Of a DNA stretch of 64,000 nt, positions 21,717-33,600 are shown piece by piece. The DNA lies in NCBI GenBank assembly GCA_963665665.1, contig OY762428.1, positions 3,008,001-3,072,000 of the forward strand. Direction: 5' to 3'. A program made the translations under genes and the position numbers. Each line of letters opens with the position of its first letter. Within the stretch, counting starts at the first letter, position 1. This DNA comes from Candidatus Kapaibacterium sp. (GTDB lineage Bacteria; Bacteroidota; Ignavibacteria; Kapaibacteriales; UBA2268). The notes under the pieces are model-generated. The model was not told the origin of the DNA, did not search any database, and saw only the letters and a program-made list of their open reading frames with translations.

Positions 21717-22493
21717 ATGAGAAAATTATTATTGCTTTTACTATTCGTTCTGTTCAATACTCCCAATCTTTCATGCGGAGAAATTCACTGCAAGCATTTT
21801 TTCATGGGAATGCCGGCAGGAGCCCCGGAGGAAAATGACCTGATTATTCGCGACACATACGCGATGAGCAACAGCCCGGAAACAAAATTTGCAGACTGGG
21901 TGGCATATCGAATTGATTCTCTATCCATAACAGGTCCGAAAAGAAAACGAAACTGGAAAGCAGACCCATTTCTTGATGATTCGGAAACACTCGAACCAAA
22001 AGATTATAAGGGGGCTGCTGCTGCATTGGGTACTGACCGGGGGCACCAGGCTCCATTAGCGTCTTTCAAAGGTTCCGATGAATGGTACACTACTAACTAT
22101 CTTTCCAATATTACCCCTCAGAAAGCTGAACTGAACCAGGGCCCCTGGAAAAGGATAGAAGATAAAGTCAGGCGTTATGTTGATACTTTTGAGTTTGTAT
22201 ATGTAATTACCGGGCCTCTTTACGAACGAGTCATGCCCTTGCTGCCCCAGGCTGACGAATCACATACTATTCCAAGCGGGTATTGGAAAATCGTTATTAT
22301 TCCGGAGGACAGGAAAAAATTCCGAACCGAAGCATATATTTTCGACCAGGAAACTCCAAGGAAAGACAATCCGAATGACCATATTGTCAGTATTGATGAA
22401 ATTGAAAAAAGAAGCGGGCTGGACTTCATGAGCAAATTACCCGATGATATTGAAGCAAAGGTAGAATATAGAAGATTAGGAAGAAATTATTAG
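21717..22493 (+). CDS. DNA/RNA non-specific endonuclease (Serratia NucA-like)
   Basis: DRGHQAP, NITPQ...LNQGPW...E, TGPLY and IPSGYWK motifs; signal peptide. Confidence 0.93.
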   Translation: MRKLLLLLLFVLFNTPNLSCGEIHCKHFFMGMPAGAPEENDLIIRDTYAMSNSPETKFADWVAYRIDSLSITGPKRKRNWKADPFLDDSETLEPKDYKGAAAALGTDRGHQAPLASFKGSDEWYTTNYLSNITPQKAELNQGPWKRIEDKVRRYVDTFEFVYVITGPLYERVMPLLPQADESHTIPSGYWKIVIIPEDRKKFRTEAYIFDQETPRKDNPNDHIVSIDEIEKRSGLDFMSKLPDDIEAKVEYRRLGRNY

Positions 22494-22614
22494 CTGGTTG
22501 ATTTGTGACTTATCTGATAATGTCTATCCCATAATTTCAGATATTTTATTCCACAAATAATTATTATCCGGAAGGGGATGATTTGGGTAGAACCGGATAA
22601 TTATCAGGAAGGCA

Positions 22615-24315
22615 TCAAATCCTGAAATTCCTGTGTTCCTCAAAATTCCTGTCTCTGTTTGTGATCAATTCGATAATGCAGGAACGCCCACTGCGGCCAG
22701 ACCTTGTATATTGCTCACGGAATTCAGCCCGGTTTGCAGGTTTATAATAATCCAGGCCGAACATGGCCGCTGCATTTTCAAAGCCGAGATTATGGGGGGT
22801 GGAGAAATATTCGCGAAAATGTTCCTCGCCGGAAACAGGAAGGAAATTGAATATACCGCCGCCATGATTATTGATAATTATTATTGTCAGCTTTTCCCTG
22901 ATTTTCGATGCAAGCTCCAGGCCGTTCAGGTCGTGCAGTGCCGACAGGTCTCCGCAAACGAGAGTGCAGTCGGCTCCGTTCCCTGCGGCAAAACCACATG
23001 CCGAGGAAATAACACCATCTATGCCGCTGGCGCCCCTGTTCGCGGCAACTTTCGTGTTTGCATCATTCCTAAGCGGGAACATGTCAAAGTCCCTTATGGG
23101 CATACTGCTTGCAAGAAATAATAACTCGTCACTGCTGATAATGTCAAGCAAATCCGCCGGCAGAGCAATCTCACTTAAATCATCGCCTGCCTGCAAGTGT
23201 GTATTCAAAGCTGATTGAGCCGCAATATTCAGTTCAGCCCAGGATTCGAGGTATTCACCACTTCCTGTTTTTAAATCAATTGAATCGCAGAAATACTCAA
23301 TATCTGCTACAATCCTGTTTTTGACAATATTTCCCTGATCAATCCTGACAGGATCGTTATTGACAAGGAAGTAATTTGGCGGATTGGTTCTTTCAAGATA
23401 TTGCTGCAATGCCTTGGATATAACAGGCCCCCCAAAATGAAGTATAAAATCAGGATTTTGCGGCTGAATTCCCTGGTTAATTATCCTGTCGTAATAATTA
23501 ATAACTTTATCTGATGAAGAAAATTTCAGTCTGCTGAGGATATCGGGAAACAATGGCAGGTTCAGGCTTTCGCTCAATTTCAGAACAGCTTCACTGTCGG
23601 CGGACTTTCTCATTCTTCCGGCAATTATAATTATATTATTGAAATTTTTGAGTTTAGCGGATATATTTTCAATTGTTTTCTCATCCGGAATGTTATTTCC
23701 GGCTGAATACTGAGTGAAAGCAATGCCGGATTTTTCCCATTTATTAATATTATCGCTAATATCATTAACTTCATCGTCGGATATAAGGGGCTCCCTGAAA
23801 CTGAAATTCAGGTGAACGGGCCCTGCCGGAGAATTTTTGGCCGTGAATACAGCGTAATCCACAGATGAAAGTAATGATTCGCGGGGATATCCGCTTTCGG
23901 CAGCAGGGAAATTAAAATTCCGACGCGTGTATTTTTCAAATATATTTACCTGGTCGATAGTCTGGTTGGCGCTGCATTCCCAGAGTTCCGGAGGCCTGTC
24001 GGCTGTAAGAATAATCAGGGGGAGGCGGTCGTAGGAAGCTTCGACGACTGCGGGAAGGTAGTTTGCCACTGCCGTACCTGAAGTGCAAATCAGCGCAGCC
24101 GGTTTCCCGGTACGGGCGTAACCAACAGCGGCATAAGCGGCTCCGCGTTCGTCGTAACAAATTGTTTTTATTGCATTGGGATTTTCAGCGGCGGCCAAAG
24201 TTAGCGGTGTTGAGCGCGAGCCTGGCGAAATATAAAATTGAACAACGCCGTTTCTGACCAGTTCCTCTATTACAAGCGAAGCGTTAAAGCTGTTGTCGCA
24301 TCTTCTATTTATCAT
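22615..24315 (-). CDS. menD: SEPHCHC synthase (menaquinone biosynthesis)
   Basis: SPGSRSTPL, DERGAAY, CTSGTA, TADRPPEL, NRGASGIDG, GDLSALHD and NNHGGGIF motifs. Confidence 0.96.
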   Translation of the reverse strand: MINRRCDNSFNASLVIEELVRNGVVQFYISPGSRSTPLTLAAAENPNAIKTICYDERGAAYAAVGYARTGKPAALICTSGTAVANYLPAVVEASYDRLPLIILTADRPPELWECSANQTIDQVNIFEKYTRRNFNFPAAESGYPRESLLSSVDYAVFTAKNSPAGPVHLNFSFREPLISDDEVNDISDNINKWEKSGIAFTQYSAGNNIPDEKTIENISAKLKNFNNIIIIAGRMRKSADSEAVLKLSESLNLPLFPDILSRLKFSSSDKVINYYDRIINQGIQPQNPDFILHFGGPVISKALQQYLERTNPPNYFLVNNDPVRIDQGNIVKNRIVADIEYFCDSIDLKTGSGEYLESWAELNIAAQSALNTHLQAGDDLSEIALPADLLDIISSDELLFLASSMPIRDFDMFPLRNDANTKVAANRGASGIDGVISSACGFAAGNGADCTLVCGDLSALHDLNGLELASKIREKLTIIIINNHGGGIFNFLPVSGEEHFREYFSTPHNLGFENAAAMFGLDYYKPANRAEFREQYTRSGRSGRSCIIELITNRDRNFEEHRNFRI

Positions 24316-25666
24316 TTTTGAATATCCCGATAAAATTCTTCATCTTGTTGTCAATTTCCGACCATTCCATATCAGCGTCGGAATCAGGTACAATTCCAGC
24401 GCCGGTATATAAAATCAATTCCCCGTTATAATATAGCCCTGATCTGATAGCCACGCAATAGTCCGCTTCGCCTTTTTTCTCCCAGCCGATGGGAGCCGCG
24501 TACAGCCCGCGGCAGAATCCTTCGATTTCACGTATTTTTTCAAGGGAAAGTTTCTGTGGAATACCACCGACAGCCGGGGTAGGGTGAAGTATATCAATAA
24601 TATTTTCATTACTGATATTCTGCTTCAGGATTCCCCGGAATTTTGTAAACAGGTGCTGAACAGTTGGAAGTTTCATAAGGGATTTGCTTTCCGGAAATGA
24701 AAATTCCGAGCAGGTTTCTTTATAGGATTCTTTCAGGAAAGAAATTACAATATCATGTTCGTAATTATCTTTCCCGCTTTCGAGCAGTTCCTTCCCAAGT
24801 AGTTCGTCTTCTTCGGCTGCCGCGCCGCGCCTTGTTGTTCCTGCAAGGGCGTCGGATTCAATATCCTGGCCATTTCTTTTAAACAATCGTTCAGGAGTTG
24901 CTCCCATAAAAGCCATTCCATTTTTTGTGCCAATAAAAAACCGGGTTGAGAACGGCCTTTTTTCCAACAACTTTATGAAAATATCTTCAGGGCTGATTTG
25001 GTTTTCGAATTTTATCCGGTTTTTCCTGCAAAGAACAATTTTTTCCATTCTTTCACTGCTGAATAGTTTGCCAGCATCGGACATCATCCTTTTCCAATCA
25101 TCCTTTCCAGTTATATTTTCTATCTCGCTGATAACCGGGCTTGTACTTATTTCAGTATTTTTACCATTTTCTGAAGTAAATATATTATCAATTATGGAAA
25201 TGAATTTTTCTGAGGATTCAACTGGTATATTGAAGTAAAGATATTCTTTGTCGTTATTTCTTTCGTAACCGAACAGGGGCAGGAAAGAATTTATTTTGTT
25301 GAATCTATCCCAGTAGCTATTTTGTAGTGAGTCTTTCTGTAAAGCGCTGAACATTCTCCATTTGAAAATTCTTACTTCATCAGATAAACCTGTTATATCA
25401 ACATTGGGAATTTGCAGGCTGTTGAGTTCCTCTTTATTCAATAGATTAATATAACCAGCAATTTCCAGTTTGTCTTCCCTGTCTAACCAATATATTTTGT
25501 TTACGGAATCTAAATTTTTAAAAAAGGAATATTTATTGAAAGAGCTGATATTATTAATAATAATTCTGCAAACCCATATATTGCCTTTGGATAATATTGG
25601 GTTTATATCAGCAAAATAGTTCGTGAGATAAGCTTTAAGGTTGTTGATATTAAATGTTTCTTTCAT
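24305..25666 (-). CDS. menF: Isochorismate synthase
   Basis: KIVLCR, GATPERL, ALAGT, LHPTPAVGG, AIRS and GAGIV motifs; overlaps the menD start. Confidence 0.9.
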   Translation of the reverse strand: MKETFNINNLKAYLTNYFADINPILSKGNIWVCRIIINNISSFNKYSFFKNLDSVNKIYWLDREDKLEIAGYINLLNKEELNSLQIPNVDITGLSDEVRIFKWRMFSALQKDSLQNSYWDRFNKINSFLPLFGYERNNDKEYLYFNIPVESSEKFISIIDNIFTSENGKNTEISTSPVISEIENITGKDDWKRMMSDAGKLFSSERMEKIVLCRKNRIKFENQISPEDIFIKLLEKRPFSTRFFIGTKNGMAFMGATPERLFKRNGQDIESDALAGTTRRGAAAEEDELLGKELLESGKDNYEHDIVISFLKESYKETCSEFSFPESKSLMKLPTVQHLFTKFRGILKQNISNENIIDILHPTPAVGGIPQKLSLEKIREIEGFCRGLYAAPIGWEKKGEADYCVAIRSGLYYNGELILYTGAGIVPDSDADMEWSEIDNKMKNFIGIFKNDK

Positions 25667-25798
25667 CAAATACAATAAAATTAGTGATAACAGGTTTAAT
25701 AATCACAGAATTCATTCAAAATAATAATTTTATTCTGTATAAAAAATTGATTATTTTGCAATATTGAAGTTTAAAGTAAAGCAGAACGGCAACTACAC

Positions 25799-26578
25799 TT
25801 GGAAAAAAGAAATCAGAGAATGGATTTTGGAATAGAAAAGCCCGGCAAACCGATAATTATCGCGGGGCCTTGTTCCGTAGAATCAGAAGATCAAATCTCC
25901 TCTGTCAGCAAGGTAATATCTTCCAAGGGAATACGATACCTTCGTGGCGGCGCTTTCAAGCCCCGCACTTCCCCGAACAGTTTCCAGGGACTCGGGGCTA
26001 AGGGTATTGAATACATAAGGAAAGCTGCTGATAATAATAATATGCTGGTTGTTTCCGAAGTTCTTGACGGTGATCAACTTGATGATCATTACGATGATAT
26101 TGATATTATTCAAGTTGGCAGCCGTAATATGTCTTCATCTGCTTTGCTGAAAAGAATAGGAAAAAAAACCTCTATTGATAAAAAGCCTGTATTGCTGAAA
26201 CGCGGATTTTCAGCTACAATCAGCGAATTCCTCTACGCGGCTGATTATATCAGGAATGAAGGGAACCCCAATGTATGGCTTTGCCTCAGGGGTATCAGGA
26301 CATTTGAACAGATAGATTCTATTTTCCGGTTTACGCCCGACCTTGGTTCAATCCTTGAATTGAAGCATAGAACGGATCTGCCTGTTATTTATGATCCCAG
26401 CCATGCAGCCGGCGATTCAGATTATGTTGTAAAAATAGCAAAAGCAGCACTGATGCTCGGCGCGGACGGACTCCTGATAGAAACACACCTTTCACCGGAA
26501 AATGCACTCACCGACGGCAAGCAAAGTATTCATCCCGATATGCTGGATGAAATTCTGAATTCATTACTACTCAGCTAA
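25799..26578 (+). CDS. aroF: DAHP synthase class I-beta (catalytic domain only)
   Basis: IAGPCSVES, LRGGAFKPRTSP.SFQG, LLKRG, RGIRTFE, DPSHA and DG.Q motifs; TTG start (alternative ATG at 25820). Confidence 0.85.
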   Translation: MEKRNQRMDFGIEKPGKPIIIAGPCSVESEDQISSVSKVISSKGIRYLRGGAFKPRTSPNSFQGLGAKGIEYIRKAADNNNMLVVSEVLDGDQLDDHYDDIDIIQVGSRNMSSSALLKRIGKKTSIDKKPVLLKRGFSATISEFLYAADYIRNEGNPNVWLCLRGIRTFEQIDSIFRFTPDLGSILELKHRTDLPVIYDPSHAAGDSDYVVKIAKAALMLGADGLLIETHLSPENALTDGKQSIHPDMLDEILNSLLLS

Positions 26579-26762
26579 GATGATATTATACTGTTTTGAA
26601 AAGAACAATTGTAAAATTGTCATTCTGATGGAGCGAAGCGACTGAAGAATCCACTTGTTTTAGGATAAAATTATGAAAAATGGACTCTTCGCTATTGTTC
26701 AGAGTGACATTTTCTGATATTATTAAAAAATATCTAACATATTTTACTTTATACAGAGTAGT
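26566..26762. mobile_element. MITE/REP-like dispersed element, copy 2
   Basis: Ends actactcagc...acagagtagt; internal palindrome gtcattctga..gagcgaagcgactgaagaatcc...ggactcttcg...tcagagtgac. Confidence 0.75.
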
Positions 26763-26771
26763 ATCCTGAAT

Positions 26772-27656
26772 TCAATCAAGTAAATTTCTCAACGCTTCTT
26801 TCAGGCCGGGATATTCAAATTCAAAGCCGTATTGATTCAGTTTTTCCGGTATGGCTTTTTGTCCTTCAATTACTATTGTAGCAGACTCCCCGAGTAATAA
26901 TTTTAAGACAAATTCCGGAACAGGGAAGAGGTTGGGCCTTCCTAAAACTTCAGCCAGCGTCCGGGAGAATATTTTCATATTTTCAGGGTTAGGGGAGCAG
27001 GCATTGTAAACACCTCTGAAATCCGAATTTTCAATTGCAAAGATCATACTTTTTATCAAATCGCTGATATGAATCCAGGAAATGAATTGCCTTCCGCTTC
27101 CAAGTGGCCCGCCTATAAAGAATTTATATGGCAAAAGCATTTTTTCCAAAGCGCCGCCTGTTTGGGAAAGAACCATTCCTATACGGGGCAGTATTACCCT
27201 GGTTGATTCTCTTGCCAGCAGTGCTGCTTTTTCCCATTCGGCAGTCAGTTCGGCAAGGAATCCACGGCCCGGAGCTGAAGATTCGTCTTTATTTTCAGTT
27301 GAATTTCCGTAATATCCCACAGCCGAGGCATTCAGAAAAAATTCAGGTTTGTTTTCGCATCTATTAATCGCTTCTGAAATTTCACCGGTGAAATCCACCC
27401 TGCTTGAAGTCAGAATTTTCTTATAACTATCAGTCCATTTGCTTCCTGCTATCGAGGCTCCGGCAAGATTAGCAATTCCGTGAACACCGGAATGAATTAA
27501 TTCCAGGGCAGCAGGTTTATCAATTGTTTCAGCACAGTTTTCTAATTTTTTTCCGGGGTTTCTACTTACCCCAATAATATCGTAGTTTTTATTCAACTCA
27601 TTTGTTAAGGCTGAACCTATCATCCCGCCGGCGCCAAATACTACAATTTTTTTCAT
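26772..27656 (-). CDS. TIGR01777-type NAD(P)-dependent epimerase-family oxidoreductase
   Basis: GAGGMIG, NLAGASIA..W, SAVGYYG, GFLA...WE, GGPLGSGRQFISWIH motifs. Confidence 0.92.
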   Translation of the reverse strand: MKKIVVFGAGGMIGSALTNELNKNYDIIGVSRNPGKKLENCAETIDKPAALELIHSGVHGIANLAGASIAGSKWTDSYKKILTSSRVDFTGEISEAINRCENKPEFFLNASAVGYYGNSTENKDESSAPGRGFLAELTAEWEKAALLARESTRVILPRIGMVLSQTGGALEKMLLPYKFFIGGPLGSGRQFISWIHISDLIKSMIFAIENSDFRGVYNACSPNPENMKIFSRTLAEVLGRPNLFPVPEFVLKLLLGESATIVIEGQKAIPEKLNQYGFEFEYPGLKEALRNLLD

Positions 27657-30600
27657 AAATCAAGAACCCTTTTGATTTCCTTTATAAACTGCTTCATGTT
27701 AAATGGTTTTTCAAGTCTTCCTTTGAATCCGAATTTTTTATAATTGGCTACTACCGGCTTGGTGGAATGACCACTGAATACAAGGGCTTTTACATCAGGA
27801 TCGTAGCTTCTTAATTCATTTAGTACGTCAAGTCCGTCTTTATCATAACCTTTCAGGGTCATATCAAGAATTACAAGTTCATAAGATTCACTGTTTAATG
27901 CATTTATATAATTGAACATAACTTTATCAGGGTTCGACAGGCAAGTCATATTAAGTTCCAGGTCCTCTGCAATTTCTTTCATATTTTCAATAATACTTTC
28001 ATCATCGTCAAGAAGTAGTATTTTTACCGGGCGGTCGAAACTCTCGAATTCAGCAGCCTTTTTAGTATCCGATTCCCCGGATACTACCATTGGAAGTAAT
28101 ATCGTAAATTTAGTTCCTTCGTCAATTTTCGATTCTACACTTATCCTTCCTCTATGTTTGCTGATAATATAAAATACTGATGCAAGCCCTAACCCGTGGC
28201 CTTTTTCCTTTGTTGTGAAAAACGGTGTGAATATTTCCTTTAGGTGTGATTTCGGAATTCCCATTCCCTCGTCGGATATTTCAATCCTGATATATTTTCC
28301 TTCTTTAAGCTTCGGGATTTCCGATTTGCCGAGTTGTATCATTGAAGTCCTGACAGACACTTTTCCGCCTCTTGGCATAGCCTGGTCGGCATTAATCAGC
28401 AGGTTTGTAAATACCTCGTTCAGTTGTTTTTCGTCCGCAAGAACAGGAGGTATCGAAATATCCAGATCATATTGTATATCAGACCTGGAACCGGACAAAG
28501 CCATTTCAGCGCTGTCTTTTATTGTTAAATTGATATTTGTTGTTGACAGTATAGGTTCGTCAGATTTAGAAAAGGTCTGGAACTTTGTTGCCAGGGCTGT
28601 AGCCTGTTCTATTGATTTTGCAATTTTATCTAAGTGTTTAATTACTCTTTCAGGTTTCATTTTCGCAAGTTCTACACTCATGGACATAGCCGTAAGCATA
28701 TTTTTAAAATTATGAGCAATTCCACCGGCCAGAATACCAAGGGATTCGAGCCGTGAAATTTTCTGAAGTTCAGCTTCGGATTTTTTCCTGTCGGTTACAT
28801 CAACAAACATAACGGCAACGTAATTTTGAGCTGTCTGGAAAGCATAAACTTCATAAAAACCTTTGATAATTTTATCATCATATTTAACATCTTCATAGTA
28901 CCATGGCTCGCCGGTTCTTGCCACATTTTTATAATGATCGGGCATATCTGTTTCAGCCAATGGCGGGAAGGCTTCGCCAATAGTTTTACCAATGAATTGT
29001 TTGCAATCAACCCCAAGTATTTTATTAGCAGTAGGGTTGTAATCAATAAAGTTCAGGCTGTCGTCCTGTTTTAACTCGTAGAGGAAAATACCCATTGGGG
29101 TATTATTTATTATGTTTTTAAGTTTCTGTTCACTTTCCCGCAATGCTTCCGCAGCATTCTTTTGGTCGGTAATATCTCTGAATTCAACTGCACGGGCTTT
29201 TATTCCTTTATATGGGATATTCCTGGCTTCAAGCCTGAGGGGATAAATTTCCCCGTCTTTTCTTATGCCTTCAACTTCATAAGGTTTCTCGTAACCGGAA
29301 AGAATTTTTTCCATAACATGATCACGCCAGTCGGGTGCTATCAGCAGCAGGCCATCCATTCCTGTCAGTTCATCAACAGAAAAGCCGCTCATTTCACTCA
29401 TTCCCATATTGCAGTCAAGAATTACACCTTTATCATGAATTGCAATTCCGCCGAAAGAAGCATTGTGCAGGGCTTTGAATCGGGTTTCGCTTTCCTCGGC
29501 TTTCTCTCGGGCATTTACAATTTCAGTTATATCTTCAAATGTTACGACTACTTCGTCAAGAGTCTTACCATCAGATGAGAATTTTGGCATTGAATTGATA
29601 TTAATCCACCGTATGGCATCCTGTTCCGGCAAATGTATCCCCATTTTCGAATCCCGGACAGCTTCAATTGTTTTCAAGGTTATCATTGCCGGATGAGTTT
29701 CGCCGGGATAAGGAGAACCATCTTCGTGGATTGAACGCCAACGGGGATCCATCGATGTTTTTCCGAAAAGCTGATCTTTTGTTAACCCCAGGATTTTGGA
29801 AGCAGAATTGTTGGCATAAATTATTTTTCCGGAAATGTCGTGATAAACAACTCCCTGTGTCATATTTTCGAACAGGAAGCGGTGTTTTTCTTCGCTTTGT
29901 ATCAGGGCTTCTTCGAATTGCTTTCTTTCCGACATATCAACATCAATACAAAATAATTCTTTGCCCTTACCCGGGATTTCCACAATAGCATGGCTTGAAT
30001 ATACATCAACATACGAGCCGTCTTTTCGTTTCAATGTCATTTCCGATGATGGAATGGGTTTTCCTGTTTCGTTCATTCCTTTAATAGCTGCTATGACTTC
30101 TTCCTGCATTTCTTCAGGAATAATCAGATCGAGCAGGTTTTTACCAATGGCTTCTTCCGGAGTATAGCCATATAATATTTCAGACGCCTTATTCCAGTAC
30201 ATGGTAGTTCCGTCAATCAGATAGCCCTGTACTGAAACATGATGTACATCCTGCAACAGGTTCCGGAAACGCATTTCACTTTGTTTTAATAATTCTTCTG
30301 CTTTTTTCCTTTCTGTTAAATCAATTCCAAGGCATGTAACATCAACAATTTCACCTTTGTTATCTTTTGTCAGAACATTTGCCCAAGAGATCATCCTTAA
30401 TTCACCGGATCTGGTAACTATCTCATTTTCGAAAGTTGAAAGTGCTGTAGTATCTTTCTGCTTTATAACAGTAAGAAAAACATCTTTAACCTTTTGAGAT
30501 ATTTCTTCCGGAATGAACATGTCAAACCAGTCACTGCCAATCACATCTTTTTCTTCCCACCCGGTAAGTTTCAGGAAGTGCCTGTTAGCAAAAGTAATTT

Positions 30601-33600
30601 TTGCCTGGCTGCTAAGGGCAATACCTATCTGAGGTGTATCCATAAGAATGTTACGCCATTTTCTTTCACTTTCCTGTAGTGCCTTTTCAGCTTTCTTTCT
30701 TTGCGAAATATCCCGGATAACTACCATTGTTCCTTTCGAGTCAGCAGATTCAAAAAGTGATCCGTTCAGCTCGCCGGCAAAAATTTCTCCGTTCTTCCTT
30801 TTCATATTTAATTCAATATTTCCGGTATTATTTCCGGATTCAAGGGATTTCCTGAAAGCTGAAACGGCATACTGAACAGAGGATTCTTCCAGAAATTCTG
30901 TGAAATGCCTGCCTATCATTTCATTCGGAGGACATTGAAACAGTTTAATCGAAGAGGGTGAGGCATAAGTTATTATTCCCTGGTTGTTGGTTAATGAGAT
31001 TAAATCTGAAGACTGTTCGGTGATAGACCGGAATTTTTTCTCGCTTTCAATTAGCGCATCTTCAGTTCTTCTTCGTTCGATAATTTCCCAGGCAAAATCA
31101 GCTAACTTCTGAATAGTATTAACGTCCCTGTTTGTATAATCTGAAATTTTATTGCCAACTCCGAGAATAGCTTTAACCTTGTTCTTCCTGATCACAGGAA
31201 CCAACAGTTCTCTTATAATATCCACATGCCCTTCCGGCATTCCTTTTTTATATTTCAGTGATTGATAATCATTGTGAACAACCGGCTTTTTTACTTTTAT
31301 GCAGTCCACCCAAACCCCGGCTTCGGATATGGGATAGTGTACCTTGTAATCAGAAATTTTGCAGTGATATTGTAATGTATTCCCTGACCAGGCCTGAATG
31401 GAAAGTGTTTCCTGATCGTCTTCCAAGAAATGATAGAATCCGATACTGCTGCCGGTAAGTTTTTCGGATTCTTCAAGAAATTTTTGCAGAAGTTCCTTTG
31501 TGGAATGGCCTGTTGCGTATTCTATCAGATTTAATTGTGCCAGCCTGATTCTCCTGTCATGCTTTTGCTCGCTGATATCAACAAATGACGCCATAATAGA
31601 AACAGGTTTGCCATCTTCATCATATATCATATTTGTGGATAGCTGGATGTCGAAAGTACTTCCATTCTGGTGTTTTGCAACCATTTCACCTGCCCATGAA
31701 CCACCCCTGAATAATTCCCTGACAATTTCTTCAGCTTTTTCCTGCTGCTCCCAGAACGACACTGAAGGTTTCCCGATAACCTCCTCCGATTCAGAATACC
31801 CCCACATTTTCAGGAAAGCTTCGTTAACATACACCAGGTTGGCGTTCAGGTCGCCAAACGCAATAGCATTATTCGAAGACGCAATAGCATTTTTATTTAT
31901 CTTCAAATCCCGTTCTGTCTGTTTTTGTTTTGTAATATCCTCACCGGAACTTAGGGTGCCAATAATAGTCCCGTTCCGGTCTTTTATTATTGTATTATGC
32001 CAGGCAATAAGTTTTATTTCGCCGTTTTTATCGAGGATTTCATTTTCACCATATTCAATATTTTTCTCTTTGCCGGTCAGAATATCTGAATATAAACTTT
32101 TTCTTATTGGCTTTATATCCGAGGGAATAAAATTATCGAACCAGTTTTTTCCAATTATTTCAATTTTTTCATATCCGAGTACCTCGCAGCCTTTTTTGTT
32201 TATCATAGTAACAGTGCCGCTGGTATTCAATGTCAGAATAATTACACCGGCAATATCAAGATAATTTTGCGCTCTGTCTCTTTCTTCAAGAATAGCATTT
32301 TGGGCGAGTTTTTCTTTTGTTATATCTCTGAGGAATGAGCTGAAAAATCCACCATTAATATCGTGATATTGAGTACTTACATAAATATTAATTGTTTTAC
32401 CGTCTTTTCGGCGGTGTAAGGTTTCAAATTTAGTTATTCCTGAATTTTTTAATTCCTCTATATGTTTTTTTGTTTCTTCGGGATTTTCTTTGGCCTCTAT
32501 TTCTGATAAATTCAATCCTGTCATTTCTTTAACAGAGTATCCGTATAAGCTTTCGCAGGATTTATTTGCTTCCTGGATTTTCATGTCATTACTAATAATA
32601 ATAAAGCCGTCAGAAGACGTTTCAATAATGGAACGATATTTCTCCTCGCTTTTTCTTAGTTCAAATTCTGCTTTTTTACTTTCGGTAATATCTGTCAGTG
32701 CCACAGCAAATTGCCCCTTTTTCGGACAATAAGCTTTTACCTCCCACCATTTATCTAAGTATTCGGAGTGATTTACAACAGATACGGATTCCCCGGTTAG
32801 TGCAACTTTGCCATATATGTTAAGCCAATAGTCTTCGAGGTTTGGGATAATATCGAGGCCTCTTTTGCCAAGGATATCTTCTTTTCTCAGCAGGGTGAAT
32901 TTTTCGTAAGCGGTATTAGCATCCAGCCATACAAAATCAACAACCTTGCCTTTATCGTCCAGAATTATCTTATGAAGAGCTACTCCAACGTTTATATTCT
33001 CGAAAAGGCTTCTGAATTTTTTTTCGCTTTCTTTCAGGCTGTGTTCATATTCTTTTTGTTTTGTAATATCTGTTGAAATTCCAACAAGAAGCGAAGGAGT
33101 TTCATCAGGACTTTTAACAAGTTTGGTTCTTGCGTAGAGTATAGATTCCGAGCCATCCGGCATAAGGTTAACTACTTCCCCTGCCCACTCACCGTTTTTC
33201 ATGGTACTGTCAACTATCTCTTTTTGGGTGGCTCCTTTTTCCGGATTTTCTCCAAAAGTTTGAACATTTTTACCAATTAAATCTGCACGTTTTTTACCCA
33301 TTGTTTTTTCAACGGACTTGTTAACATAAATTACGTTTCCATTCAGGTCAGTAGCTGTTATCCTGTCTTCAATCTGGTCAAGAAGATTGAAATAGAATTC
33401 TGATGAGTCATGGCCGGTATCCGGGCTTTTTATTGTAGTCAGTGACTCGAAAATCAGAACATAGTACTTAATTGCATTATTTCCATCAAAATTAGGCAGT
33501 ACATTTAATCTATAATAGATGTCTTTGTTTTTCAGAAAAGGAGCAAGTATTTTGTTTTCCCGTTCGGTTGAATTTTGTTCTGTAGCGGGTAAAAAAATAT

